64,000 nucleotides of DNA from the human T2T-CHM13v2.0 reference genome, Homo sapiens. The stretch's first letter is position 1, and each line of letters begins with the position of its first letter. Shown here piece after piece: positions 12,724 to 25,648 of this stretch. Both the position numbers and the translations under genes were made by a program. The stretch lies in assembly GCF_009914755.1 (NCBI RefSeq), contig NC_060934.1, one strand, 5' to 3'. A model generated the notes under the pieces. The model saw only the letters and a program-made list of their open reading frames with translations. It was not told the DNA's origin and did not search any database.

Positions 12724-12779
12724 CTTGCCAAAGCTGCCCTTCCCAATGGCCCGAAGGATCTGGAAGTGGTCGAAGTTCA
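12724..12779 (-). CDS. STK32C: Internal coding exon (56 bp, phase 1 to phase 0) of a serine/threonine kinase 32 (YANK) gene, most likely STK32C exon 2
   Basis: Minus strand reads ccctctgttttatcctgcag|TGAACTTCGACCACTTCCAGATCCTTCGGGCCATTGGGAAGGGCAGCTTTGGCAAG|gtaagg, with a canonical acceptor (polypyrimidine tract + AG) and donor (AAG|GTAAGG). Translation (V)[18 protein letters not shown] contains the GxGxxG loop and matches my recollection of STK32B/STK32C (STK32A has E for Q). Paralogue assignment rests on the GC-rich, VNTR-rich context. Confidence 0.92.
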
Positions 12780-15700
12780 CTGCAGGATAAAACAGAGGGA
12801 CACCTGGTGAGGTGGCAGCAAGGCCCCACCCCAGAGCAGCTCCCCCACCTCAACATCCCCCACCCCGACACTGCCCAGGGCCCCTCATCCTAGAAGAGGG
12901 TCGCCGTGGGGCGGGCCAAACTCTCGCTCCTGTGCGAGGCAGGAGGGGGCTGAGCCCCGGTCAGTGAAGACATGGGCCTTGGGTCTTGCACGTCCTACTC
13001 CCAGGATTGCTATGGGATTAGGCATGTGCTCAGCCACAGCATGGATGGGGCAAGAATGAACCACACACACCTGAGTCCCAGACTCGACTGGGCTGTCTTC
13101 CCAGGCACCAGCCACCCCCACTGAAAGCTGCTCCATCCAGTGAAGACCCCCAGACAGGCAGGCCTGGGGTTTTGGGGGAAGCCATGCACACATGAGCAGC
13201 TGTTCCTGGTTCCCCTCCACCCTGCTCCGCGTCTCCAGAGGACAGGGGTGTCAGCCCTGCTGGCACTCGCTGGGCAAGCCTGGGGGAGTCTGCAAACGGC
13301 CCCAAGATGAACAACGAGAGGCGGCTCAGGGCTGTGGCTATGTCCACCATGACCTGTGTAGCCTGGGAGAGCCTGCGCCCAGCATGAGAGCCGTTCCGCA
13401 AGCCTGTGCGAAGCTGCAGAAGGCATCATTTCCCACACCTGCAAGTCCCTCCGGGAGAAGGACGGCTCCCCTAATTGTCACTCGTGAGACCTGTCCGTGT
13501 GCCCTATTCACACCAAGGAAAGGGATTCTGATGGGCTTTCCAGACCGTCTGCACTTGCCTTTCAAACCCAGGACATTCTCCGTACACATAAGACGGGGGT
13601 CCCACAATGTCACCCCCTGGCCTCCAGGACGAGCCCCTCCAGATGACTCCCAGGCCAGCAGCTGCCTCCACTTGTGTCCCCAGGCCTGTGTCCCCAATTC
13701 TGCACCCCTAAGTCCGTGTCCCCAGGTCTGCACCCCTCAGTGTGCTGTATCCATGAAGGGCCAGCACTGTGCCCTGAAGCCAGGTTTAGGACACCCGCTG
13801 GTTCATGACATTTCACCTATTTACCCACTTTTACCCCAGCCTCATGTTCACTTATTCTCTGGGGAATTCGACAGCTGGAACAACCCCCTACACACATGGT
13901 TATTCTAAAGGCAGGGAAGACACAGCCAAGGCCAGAGGCAGACCCGGGGAGACAGCAGGGTAGGTACTGACCCCTCCTGGGAGGCACGGCCTAGAGTCTC
14001 ATCTCCACTGCTCCCTGGCGGTACCCTGTGCCGTCTGGTGGGGCAAGTGCTTTAGGCACTCAGTGTGTGGAGGAGGAGACAGAACAGTTTCTAGACGAAA
14101 GGTTTCTTCGCATTTTCCTCTGAACTGGAAAATGCCCACTCCCTTCCCAGGGCACCCCAGGATAGCCCCAGGTTTCAGCATAGACGCAGCAGGCAAAGTG
14201 TCCATCCTCATGGGCCCTGGGGACAGAGTCACACACCCAGAGTTCTTTCAGCCTGAGCTACGGGTGCCGTGACAAGGACCCACGGAGGCTTCAGGGCTCC
14301 GAGCACAGGGCAGAGCTGGCCTGAAGGCGCAGGGTGGCATCCTGGGGAGAGGACGCCTGTGCTGGGCCCTCCAGGACAAGTAGGCATCAGCTGGGGGAAG
14401 GGAGGGGGTGCCTAGGTGAGGGGCCAGCCTGGGCACAGGCAGGAAAAGGACCCCAAGGGTATGGACAGACCCACAAGCTGGTCCTGGGTGAAGTGGGAGG
14501 GCAGTCAGCAGAGCACCTGGGGGTGAGGAAGGGGCTGTGACCTGTGGCCTTGGTCTCCTCTGCACAAGACGGTAGTGGGGCTTGACTCGCAGAGGTGGGG
14601 AGAGCGGTTTGATTTAAGCGCCTTAGAAAGGCACTCCCCACTGCAAGTGACCAGAGGGGCACTGACTGGCACAGGAGGTTGGGACCAAGTTGACGGAGGG
14701 GGTGGGGCTTCAAGGGGTGAGAGAAGAGGCTGCCAGGCATCAGAGCTGGGCACTGGGCAGAAAGGCCGCAGAGGACGGGCCGTGCTGCACAGACAAGACC
14801 CGTGGCCGACACCCACAAGCTGACACAGCCTCCACGAGCCCCCGTTCCAGGCGGCAGCTGCCCCACCCTGCATCCTAGCCTCCTTCCTCAAGAAAACCTA
14901 TGCACGCCCAAACAGAGATTATGTCATCGAGGCAGAGGCTGCTCCAGCACCAGCAAAGCCACTCCAAGGCAGCCCGGGCCGCGGCCGCACAGGCAGGGAG
15001 CAGCTGCCGCCATGTGGCGTCACCCAACGTCACCAGATGTTAAAGGAAAGTCAGCTGTGAACCAGCACGTGGGACAGATGGGCTGAACTAGTGGAGGGAG
15101 GAGAGTGAGAGGGCAGCTGGGCCGTGGCAGGGGAGATGGGGACACCAATGCCATCCAGCAGCAACCCCAACAGGACAGACCTCGGAGTCTGCGGGGCCTG
15201 CCCTGCAGTGGGGAGGGGACAGGGTGTCAGGGCGAGGCCCAGGGCTGAGCTGGCCGCCTACAGCTTGGGGAGATGAACTCCGCTGGGCGGCTCTGGGTCC
15301 AAGGACCCTCTGTCCACCTAGGCTCCACCCAGGCCCAGGTTGCCGCTGCCCAGAGACCCCTGTGCTCCTTGCAGTGGCCGGTAGAGGCAAAAGAGCCACA
15401 GCGGGCACAGGAGCCCGTGGTCGGCACAGCCTTGGCCATTCCCAACAGAGCTGAGGACGAGGGTGGTGGTCCACGCCCACGTGCATGCCTAGGACGGCCA
15501 CATGGCACCTGCTGTGCCAGGCCCCTGACCCTGGCACTTGGCACATGGGTACCTGGAGTCCAGTCCTGCACTGCCCTGGGAAACGAAGCCAGCATCTTCC
15601 TGTCCATGGGCACGTGCTCTGGCGGCCTCCCCCAGGACCCCAAGCAGCCCGCACAGCACAGAGCCCTAAGCCTCTGGCCCCCGAGCTGTGAACCAGCAAG

Positions 15701-15842
15701 GGAGTCCAGCCACCATCACCTCCACTTTAGAGAATAAGCACAAGTTCCCAAGGTTAGTCCCTCCCGGAGAGGAAAAGGATGGGAAACAAAATCTATTAAA
15801 TAACAAGTCAGAAGCATAAGGGAGTCACGGCAATTGGGTCAC

Positions 15843-16080
15843 CTGCGCCCTGCACACCTGCAAAGCCTCCCGACTGTGCGACGGAGGCGGCGGCTCCGGC
15901 AGAGGCTCCCAGCTGGGAGGCAGCAGCAAGGCGCATGCGTGCCGGGGCGGGGCTGTGGCGTCAGGGCGTGCAGGGGGCGGGGCGTGCAGGGGGCGGGGCT
16001 ATGGGGGTCAGGGCGTGTCAGGGGCGGGGCCGTGGGGTTGCGGGAGTGCTGGGAGTGGGGCTGAGGGTGGGGCTGTGGGG
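15843..16080 (-). promoter_or_regulatory. Candidate internal CpG-rich promoter with an alternative first exon
   Basis: Four perfect GC boxes GGGGCGGGGC (15944, 15974, 15990, 16021), GGGCGTG boxes, an NRF1-like GCGCATGCGT (15931-15940), local CpG enrichment, and minus-strand donors CAG|GTGTGC (exon edge 15858) and CAG|GTGACC (exon edge 15843). Confidence 0.6.
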
Positions 16081-17044
16081 TTAGGGGCATGCGGCCCCCA
16101 CTCTGCAGTGCCTGTGATTTGAACACAACTGTCCCTGCTTCCTAAGACTGACAAGGAGGGCAGCCACAGGGACACCAAGGGACACCAAGTCCAAGACAGC
16201 CATGCAGATGCTGCTCAGGGAAGGTGCAGGCAGGGCAGGAATCCTGGATGTGGCTCCAGGATGCCGTGCAAGCAGCAGAGTGGACACCTGTGGGCCTGGG
16301 CAGGGCTCACCGCACCAGCGCCCCTGAGAAGCCCCGAGCCAAGTGGTCCCTGCCGGCCATGTCCACAGGGATCCCTGCTCAAGGACCTGTTGGCCCAGAC
16401 CCCGCAAGGTGAGTCAGGGGCACTGGCAGGGGGCTGACCGGCATCGTGGCTGTCCTCTGGATGACCGTGGCTCCACCCTGATGCCCAGCTCCTGCTGCCC
16501 CCAGGTGCCCACCTGGCCTTGCCACTGTGCACAGCGGCCCTCATGCCCTCCCGACCCCAGCCCCAAAGGCTCCAAACCAGTGGAACTGGAGACCCAGTGG
16601 CTGTTTCAGGCTCCTGTCCCCAGCTCCTGCCATCAGCAACCCATGAGGGTCTCCGCACTGCCCCAGGCTGGGCCAGGACCTCCCATGACCACCGGCCCTG
16701 CCCCACGCAAGCCCAGGCTCAGCCCCATTCCTGGCTCCCAAAGGAGAGGTGAGCTCTCATTCCAGCACTCAGCGGAGGAGATAAGGAAAAGGAAGTCCAC
16801 CAGCCGGAATCTGTCAAAACAGCTTCCTGTGGGCTTTGAGGGGAGCAATATGTAATCAGCCTGGTGTCCCAAGAGTGGTCCTGCAACCACCACAGTCACC
16901 AGGAGCCGGTGTCTACGGAGTCCATCAAACTCCTCTCATGAGAGTTCCCAGAGCTCCCTGCACGCTGGCTCCGCACCGGGGGAGGGAAGGGGCTGAGGCC
17001 GCAGAGCCCAGGGTGGCACTGGCAGAGGGGACAGCACCCTGAGG

Positions 17045-17548
17045 ACAGGTGTGTGTGAGGCGCCCGGGACAGGTCACTGCAGAGAGGAGCCCCACCCCGA
17101 GGGCAGGTGTGTGTGAGGCGCACAGGACAGGTCACTGCAGAGAGAGGGCAGGTGTGTGTGAGGCGCACGGGACAGGTCACTGCAGAAAGGAGAGGGCAGG
17201 TGTGTGTGAGGCGCACGGGACAGGTCACTGCAGAGAGGAGAGGGCAGGTGTGTGTGAGGCGCACGGGACAGGTCACTGCAGAGAGGAGAGGGCAGGTGTG
17301 TGTGAGGCGCACGGGACAGGTCACTGCAGAGAGGAGAGGGCAGGTGTGTGTGAAGCGCACGGGACAGGTCACTGCAGAGAGGAGAGGGCAGGTGTGTGTG
17401 AGGCGCACGGGACAGGTCACTGCAGAGAGGGGCTCCGCCCCGAGGCAGGTGGGTGTGAGGTGCCCGGGACAGGTCACTGCAGAGAGGGGCCCCGCCCCGA
17501 GTGCAGGTGTGTGTGAGGTGCCCGGGACAGGTCATTGCAGAGAGGAGA
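17045..17548. repeat. VNTR, 48-bp core unit, about 10 copies with longer variant units at the edges
   Basis: GGCAGGTGTGTGTGAGGCGCACGGGACAGGTCACTGCAGAGAGGAGAG repeated. ORF periodicity is 16 aa. Confidence 0.95.
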
Positions 17549-18478
17549 CCCGGGCAAGTGTTCCTGAACCTTCCAGGTCTCCGCCTGGCTTTCCATCGGC
17601 AGCACGGAAGTCGGAGACCGTTCTAGGCAAAGGTCAACGTCTGGTCCCCAGAGAGGAGGAAGGTTCCAAGCTGGGCAAGAGGCCAACGCTGCACTCAGAG
17701 CCCCCAAAACCAATCCCTGCCTCATGGTGGGCTCCATGCAGGCCACCTCCACGCCCACCTCCTTGGGGCCTCAGTTTCCTCCTCTGCCAGTGGGAGGGTA
17801 CAGTGGCGGTCTGCATAGCAGAGGCCTGGGTGGGGCCTATGGAGCATTAGGGGAGCCAGGGATGTCCCAGCAGGACCCCACCATCCCTGGGGTCACCCCC
17901 AAGGAGCCCTGAGCCCCAGGCCCCACACATCTGCCTCCTATCTGCCACAGGACCGGCCTGGGGGTCTAGGAGCCACCATGTGGTCACCCAACAGCAGGGG
18001 TGACCCCAGCTACTGGGTCCCCAGGCCATGAATCTGCTCCCAGGCCCTACCCAGTTTCGCCTAGTCCCAAGTCCGCTCTCATGGGGGCCCGTGGAGGGGG
18101 CAGAGGCCAGGCCCCTGCAATGGGAGGAGAGGGAGCAGAGGGACGGGTCTGCGTGGTGGTGCCATGGGCAGCCCTGGTCACCGAGGAAGCCGGACAGGCT
18201 CCCAGAAGGAGTGGGTGTGCAAAGGGTTGGGGTCATGTCACTTGATCTGGGCCTCAGAGGGGAGTGGGCATGGTCCCTTCCTTATACACAGAGCCTACTG
18301 TGAACGGCCGAGGAGCCCTGTGGCCCTGGGAAGGGGGGGCATAGGAGCCCCCACACCATCTCTTTACCCCACCTCGCCCCACACTCAGCCCCTCAGGACT
18401 TGGGTGAGCACCCCAAGAGGGTGGTGGGTGCCCACCTCAGATCGACTCTGGCTTCTGGGGGTTGAGCCCTGAATGCAA

Positions 18479-18922
18479 ACCCTCCACTACCCACCACAGG
18501 CAGGTCAACACCCTATGCCTCCTGGGGCCTCCGACCCTCCACTACCCACCACAGGCAGGTCAACACCCTACACCTCCTGGGGCCTCCGACCCTCCACTAC
18601 CCACCACAGGCAGGTCAACACCCTACACCTCCTGGGGCCTCCGACCCTCCACTACCCACCACAGGCAGGTCAATGCCCTACGCCTCCTGGGGCCTCAGAC
18701 CCTCCACTACCCACCACAGGCAGGTCAATGCCCTACGCCTCCTGGGGCCTCAGACCCTCCACTACTCACCACAGGCAGGTCGATGCCCTACGCCTCCTGG
18801 GGCCTCAGACCCTCCACTACCCACCACAGGCAGGTCAATGCCCTACGCCTCCTGGGGCCTCAGACCCTCCACTACTCACCACAGGCAGGTCAATGCCCTA
18901 TGCCTCCTGGGGCCTCCGACCC
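18479..18922. repeat. VNTR, 55-bp unit, about 8 copies
   Basis: ACCCTCCACTACCCACCACAGGCAGGTCAA(C/T)(A/G)CCCTA...CCTCCTGGGGCCTC(C/A)G repeated. Confidence 0.95.
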
Positions 18923-20196
18923 ACGCCTCCCCCTCACATCCCCATCTCATCCTGCTGGGCCCCTCAGGGCTGGACTTTGGCACTGTCTGATCAGAAGTCT
19001 CTGGCCAAGAACCCGCTAGGGACATGGCGGCCTGCTAACCAGCCAAGGTCAGAGGTCACCACATGAACCGCTGGCCAGGCCCATTCCAGACCCAGGAAGG
19101 AGGGAGACAACCTCCTGGAGTGAACTCTTCAGTGTGGGGGAAACACTCAACAAGCCCACAGTGTGGCACCAGGTGCCAGGGAGGGGGCTAAAGCAGGAAA
19201 GGGGGAGGGGGCTGCCATCCTACAAGGCCGTCGGGAGACATTTCTGAAGGGGACATTTGGCAAAGAAGTGTGGGCATGGGTCGTGATTACGGGGACCAAG
19301 ACTGGTCTGTCACGCTCCTCGGCGTGATTTACGCCGTGCAGTGATGCTGTCAGCGCATCCTTCACCCGTGCTGTCCACCTCTCAAATTAAGACGCAGGTA
19401 AAAGGAGAAGCAGACGCAGCTCCCCACAATCCCATCTCACAGCTAGGGGGCTCCTTCCCAGGAACCAGGACACATCTGCCTGAAGGAAGCACCTCTGTAC
19501 TTGTGTGCACCCAACGGCGGGCGTGGGATGGACGGAGCGGCTCGGAGCTCCGGGCCCACCAGCACCTGCCCTCATTGTGCAGCTTGGCCAAAGGGCCACA
19601 GACACAGTCTTCCCAGTACAGCAAATGCATTCGAATCCAGGGTCTTTAAAATATTTATTCTTCAAGGAAGGCTTTTATTTTTTTGGTGTTGGCAACTGAG
19701 AGCAGGTCCTATGAGAGTCGCCATCTGAATCCCGCTAAGTGACCCGAGCGTGGGGCCGCCTCCTCCCAGGTCACTCTGGATTCTGCATCCACACAGGTGG
19801 GTTGAGAAACCAACACCAGCCCCCACACCTCCCACGGTGTCCGGCAGCCTCTCCAGGTCCTCCCCAAGGGCTGCTAGCTGGGGTCTCAGTCCCTGAACCA
19901 GGCCCCACAATCAGAGATAGGTTCTCTTGAGACTTGTCAGCGCTAAGCCCAGCACCCAGACAGCAGGGACGTTCGTCCTCCCTAACGCAGCATTTCCCTG
20001 TTCTCAGAGAGTTTTGCCACCATCTCCAGGCTTACCAGGAGCAACAAAATAACCAAAGAAAAGGCAAGGAGCTTTTCCGGAAAGCAGCACTCCAACGCAA
20101 TTGTTTCTGGTTTCTGGGTTGCCAGCACAGGTGGCCCAACCACATGTCTGCCTGGAAGGTCCTGCCGGGCCTGGGAACTGGAACCGGGCAAAAGGA

Positions 20197-20560
20197 AGCT
20201 GGAGGGAGCAGAGGGAGCTGGAGGGAGCCGAGGGAGCTGGAGAGAGTCAAGGGAGCCTGGGGAGCCGAGGTAGCTGGAGGGAGTCGAGGGAGCTGGAGGG
20301 AGCTGGAGGGAGTCGAGGGAGCTGGAGGGAGTCGAGGGAACTGGAGGGAGCTGGAGGGAGTCGAGGGAGCTGGAGGGAGCCAGAGGGAGCTGGAGGGAGT
20401 CGAGGGAGCTGGAGGGAGTCGAGGGAGCTGGAGGGAGCTGGAGGGAGCCGAGGGAGCTGGAGGGAGCCGAGGGAGCTGGAGGGAGCTGAGGGAGCTGGAG
20501 GGAGTCGAGAGAGCTAGAGGGAGTCCAGGGAGCCTGCGGAGCTGAGGGAGCTGAGGGAGC
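20197..20560. repeat. Purine-rich VNTR built from AGCTGGAGGG and AGTCGAGGG/AGCCGAGGG subunits (about 10/19 bp)
   Basis: Direct reading of the sequence. Confidence 0.92.
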
Positions 20561-20883
20561 CGCCCCTCCACAGCACATCTAAGGCCAAACACCGGCTCGA
20601 GGCGAGAGATGGCCAAGACGTCACCTCTGGCATGGCTACCACCAAGTCCAAGGCAAAAGCGTTAGGTAACATTTCAACACTTTTCCCCAAGAATAAAAAA
20701 TGATCTGCCCTCCCGTGTGCCTGGCTAGAACCTTCCTCCCGCCCTGCAGGGACCCGCCTCTGCGTCTAGCACTCGGCTGAGTGGCTGGCCCACATGGGCA
20801 TAGAAAGAGCACTTCCAATAACAAACCATGTTAGGAAAGCCCAAAGCCTCAGTGGAGTTTCAGGTTAAAACCTAGTCTTTTCA

Positions 20884-21217
<334 letters not shown>

Positions 21218-21264
21218 TCAAAACTGGTAAGAAAATACTCCCAATGAGGACAGCAAAAGAAGAG

Positions 21265-21455
21265 AGGAGAGTAAAATAAGCCTGCCGCAGGGCGCCGGGA
21301 ATCAGCACTATGTCACCCCGGCACAATGCGTGCACCCTCCACGAAGGCTGCCCCCAGACCTGGGAGCCCAGGAGAGTAAAATAAGCCTGCCGCAGGGTGC
21401 CGGGAGTCAGCACTATGTCACCCCGGCACAATGCGTGCACCCCACGCGAAGGCTG
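21265..21455. repeat. Tandem duplication, 105-bp period, about 1.8 copies
   Basis: AGGAGAGTAAAATAAGCCTGCCGCAGGG...CAATGCGTGCACCC...GAAGGCTG starts at 21265 and 21370. Confidence 0.9.
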
Positions 21456-24400
21456 TCTCAAGAGCTGGAGAATCAGCTCTGCTCCTGACACCCCAGGTCC
21501 CCTCTTGATGTCTTTGGAGGCCCGGGAAGTGGGTGCTGGACAGTTTCAGAGCTGCCACGTGGTGGATGAGCTGCCCACAGCTGCAGGCGTGTCCCAGGCC
21601 TGGGACGCTTCCCTTCACAGCCCACCCCACCCACTCATCCGGAAGAGGCCCCCACGTCCAAGTGTCCTCAGGCAGAACCAGCCCGTTCACCAATGGGAGG
21701 ATTGCACAGCAGAAGTGGGCACTACTGTGAGAGCTGTCACAAAGATCAAATGTCACACGTGGTTGAAACACACGCAGAAGTTGATTAAATGCCGTCTCGT
21801 CTCCTATGACCTGGGAAGTGCTTATGATGAGGAAAATCATCCCCCAGGACTCCGAGACGCAGGCCCCGCAGAGCTTGTGCAGCCTCTGGGGATGTCTGGC
21901 CCACACGGGGCTCCTGACTTAGGAAATACCGGGCCAGGTGGAAGAGTTGGAACCGGCCCGATAGCTCCTCCTGGCAATGGGTGCCCCCCACTCCCACTCC
22001 TCAGGTGCCCTGGCCCGCTAGGTCAACAGGAACCACAGGAGTCACCAGACATCACCTCACAGACCCCTCACCCTCTTGCCATGGCCTGCGGGAACAAAGA
22101 CCCACCACGCTGACGGGCAGGGTTGACGCAGATGGGGACAAGACAGGTGGGGGCTAGAGACAGGCATGAGAGCCGCTGGGCAGGGGTGAGGAGGCTCCCG
22201 AGTTACAGCGGAGAACATAGAGCAGAAGCGTCCAGCCACAGCAGCACCCAGGAGAGGAGCAGGGGGCCCTGCGGGAAGCAGGTCCCTCAACCCTTGCTGA
22301 GCCCCACGCGGTTTCCTGCACCACTGAGGATGTGTTGAAACCCCAGGGCAGGAAGGTCAGAGATCAGGAGAGGGGATGAGGGTGTGGGTGCCGGCCTCTG
22401 ACCCTGGACTCCTCAGTCCAGAGGGGGCCTGGAGCCTCGAGGTCATGCCTGGGTGCCAGCACCATGGCCCAGCATTACGTGCGCTGCCCACGCATCTCCG
22501 AGGGCCCAGCTGGCCACCTTCTCCTTCTCCACCGTCCCCTCACCCAGGGGCAGACCCCCATGACCAGCAGCCTGCAGCCTCTGCACACCCTGGAGCCCTG
22601 GTGTCCAGCTTGGACTCGCCCGGGTGGCTTGGCGGCTTCCCGGCATCCCTGGGCAGCTCCGGGACAGGGCTCTGTCCTCAGCTGGCACCACCACCCTTCC
22701 AGCCTCGGGGAGCCAACTGGGGTCTTACTCTGGGAACATACCCTGTGCCCCCGGCTCCATCTTGGCAGCGATGCCCTCACCCTGTCTTTTCTGTGAAACA
22801 GACACAGCCAGGATGTGGCAGCAGCCCACAGCTGAGTCCTGTGGGGCCCCTGGGCTCCGAAACAATCGTGGCTTCTCCTGCCCAGGTACACACCCAGAGC
22901 CCGGGGTCCTGGTGCCTACACCTCCAGCAGGACCCTGTTGGCGGCAGCATTCTTGCCATCTCCCTCCCCCACCTTAATTGCAGTGAAAGCTTCCACCCAT
23001 AAAACAGGCTCAGTGGCAGCTTCCCAGGCCAGCACTGTGGATCCTGGTCCTGTCTGGTCTGAAATTGTCTGGAATCATGTTCCGGTGTTTAATATCGACA
23101 TCCTCAGACAACACGGGGATCTGCCATAAATGAGTGATTAGGGCAACCGCCTGATCAATACAGTATCTCCGGGTGGCAGAGGCTCAGGCCTGAGACCGCA
23201 GTGCCTGAGACCGCAGGAGTCGCCCACGGCAGCAGGGACCTGGGCTCCTCCAGCTCCCCAAACCGCTGGAGAGGTGGGCAGCAGCACCTCCCCCCAGGCT
23301 GCCTAGAGGGGTCCTACTGTCCAAGGCCCGGCCCCACCCACCCCTGCCTCTCACTGCGCAGGGCCCAGCACCCCAGGACCACCCACAGGGGCAGACCTGG
23401 AGGACTCCAAGGCCGCCTGGCCCTGCAGCAGCTGAGAAGCCTGCTCCTGGGGCTGCCCGCCCAGAGGCACAGATGCTTGGGGACCCCGGAGCTGCAATGG
23501 AGACAGCCCTGACTCGGGGTGGGGCTTGGGGTTCCTCCTGAGTCCTGAACCCTGAGGCAGGTGTGCCTAGCCAGTGGGGGGGACGCTGGCCACAGCAGCA
23601 GCAGCACTGGATGAGGGGGAGCGAGCCCAGTGGGATCCCAGGGCTGGGGATCAAAGCAGAACAGCCCAGGAAGGAGCCCTGGCCAGGAGCAGATGGATGG
23701 GCAGGGCCCTGTGTCCTGGGGTGTGGCTGCACCAAGGGCCACACTCAGGGCTCGCTGTGGGACCAGCTGGGGGCTGCCCATGAGGCTGGGTCCTCAGGGG
23801 GGTGAGGCCTGTGGATACAGGACATGCCCTGAAAGACCCCAGAGGTCAGTGTGTTCAGAGGCCAGCACGAGATGGGTAGGTGTGTGGGTGGGTCAAGGCT
23901 GGAAAAAGCCCTGTCCACGTGTCTGTCCTTCCATCCTCCCACCTGCAGCCCCTGGGGTCCTGCACAGCCCTCCCACACCCGTGCCACTGTCTCCCACAGA
24001 GGGAGACGGAGGGGCTCCTAGGAAGAGGTGGCTCCTGGCAGCCACAGGCCCCTAGGCCAGCGGGCTGTGGTCATTCAGGGTGCCTGAGAGCTCCCAGGGA
24101 GAGGGGCAGAGCTGGAGGAGGAGTGACTCAGAGCAGGGAGGGAGCATCACACCCCCCAGCCAAAGAGATGGGCGGGGCGGAGCTGCGAAGGAGTGGGTGG
24201 CAGGATGCTGCCTGTTCTGGCACAGAAAGCCACATCACCCCTGTCCACCCCATCTGGTGCCCACCCCCTGCTGCCGGCCCCCTGCCCTGCCCTCTCTCTG
24301 CCTCTGTCCCCAGGGGCGCCCACTGTGAGCCAATGATGGCAATCCCAGGCCTGACACCCCCACAATCCTCCCCCCAACCCCCACCCTCCACCAGGCCCCT

Positions 24401-25648
24401 CTGCAGACACTAGGAGGGGGCCCCAGAACCAAACACCCCCAGGGGACCCATCAGCTGCCCTGGGCTGGGGGCTCCTCTACACCTGCAGGTGGGACTCAGG
24501 GCTCTCGAGCCTCCACTGTGCAGCCTGCCTGAGGCCCAAAGGAGGCCGCGGCCCAGCAGGCCCCTGAAAGCCACAGGCCCTGACATGGGCTGCAAAGACC
24601 AGCAAGGCTCTCCTCAGTGCACGGACTCCACCTGCCCCGGGAAATCGGTCAGGACGAAGGGCTCCATGTCCCAAGTGCCCTCACTGTCCCTGTCCTTGTC
24701 ACCCCATCACACACATGTGCTGATGAATGCCGGCTGAGGGGCCCCCCAGGACCTCCCCGGGAGCAACAGCAAGTGTCCCAGCCCCAGGACATCGGCCCTG
24801 ACCTGACCTAGAGAGGGGGGCAGCTGCCTCTCCTGGATCTGCAGTGGACAGGCAAGAGGGCCCAGCTGCCAAGGCTGGGCAGGTGTCTGCCGGGCACAGC
24901 GGGAGCTTTGCTCCAAGGTGGCATGAGCTCCAGTCTGATTTTCACACACATTAGCACTTGGTAGAGTGGAAAGCACCTTTCCCCAAACCGTCAACAGCAC
25001 TCGAAGAGTTCCTCACAGCCTCCTTTTCCTAAAATGGAAAGCGTGGCCCTGGCCGCCCCCCATCACCCCCCACGGGGCCCTTCCAGGGCTCTTTGCAAAG
25101 GACAGGTGGAGCCCGTGTCATCCTCAGGACGGGTCCAGTGCGCTCTCCTGGGTGCCTAGGCCAGCGCGTTCTCCTGGAAGGACAGGTCCAATGCGCTCTC
25201 CCGGGTGGCTGGGCCAGCGCGCAGGCCTTCCTCTGGAATTCCTCCCAGCCCACCGAACAGGAACAGGGCGGCGGGCTCACAGCCGGTCCTCTGGGCACCT
25301 AACGCCCTGGGTACCGACTGCTGTCCACGCTGACGCTGTGAGGGCCAGCAGGCCCTGGAAAGGAGCTGCTTCTGGACTCACACGTATTCCCACTGCCCCT
25401 CCTGAGCGGGCCCAGGCCACACGGTCGCACACCTCAGGGCCGGATGAGGATCCCCAAACACCACAGTGCCGAGGAGGGGCTGCGAGGGCCTCCAGGGCAT
25501 GGCCTCTTCCACAACATGAAGGTCTCCGCCCGTGGGCAGACGGGGGTTGAGGATGACCAGTTCATCAGGAAGGAATTTTATCCTAGAAATGCTAATGGCA
25601 AATGGTAGGAAAATATCATCTCCAACTAAAAGCATTCACTCGACAACA

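Noticed and set aside
17045-18922. Regularly spaced repeats as CRISPR-like arrays
   Set aside because: The units are head-to-tail with no unique spacers, there are no cas genes, and the DNA is primate.
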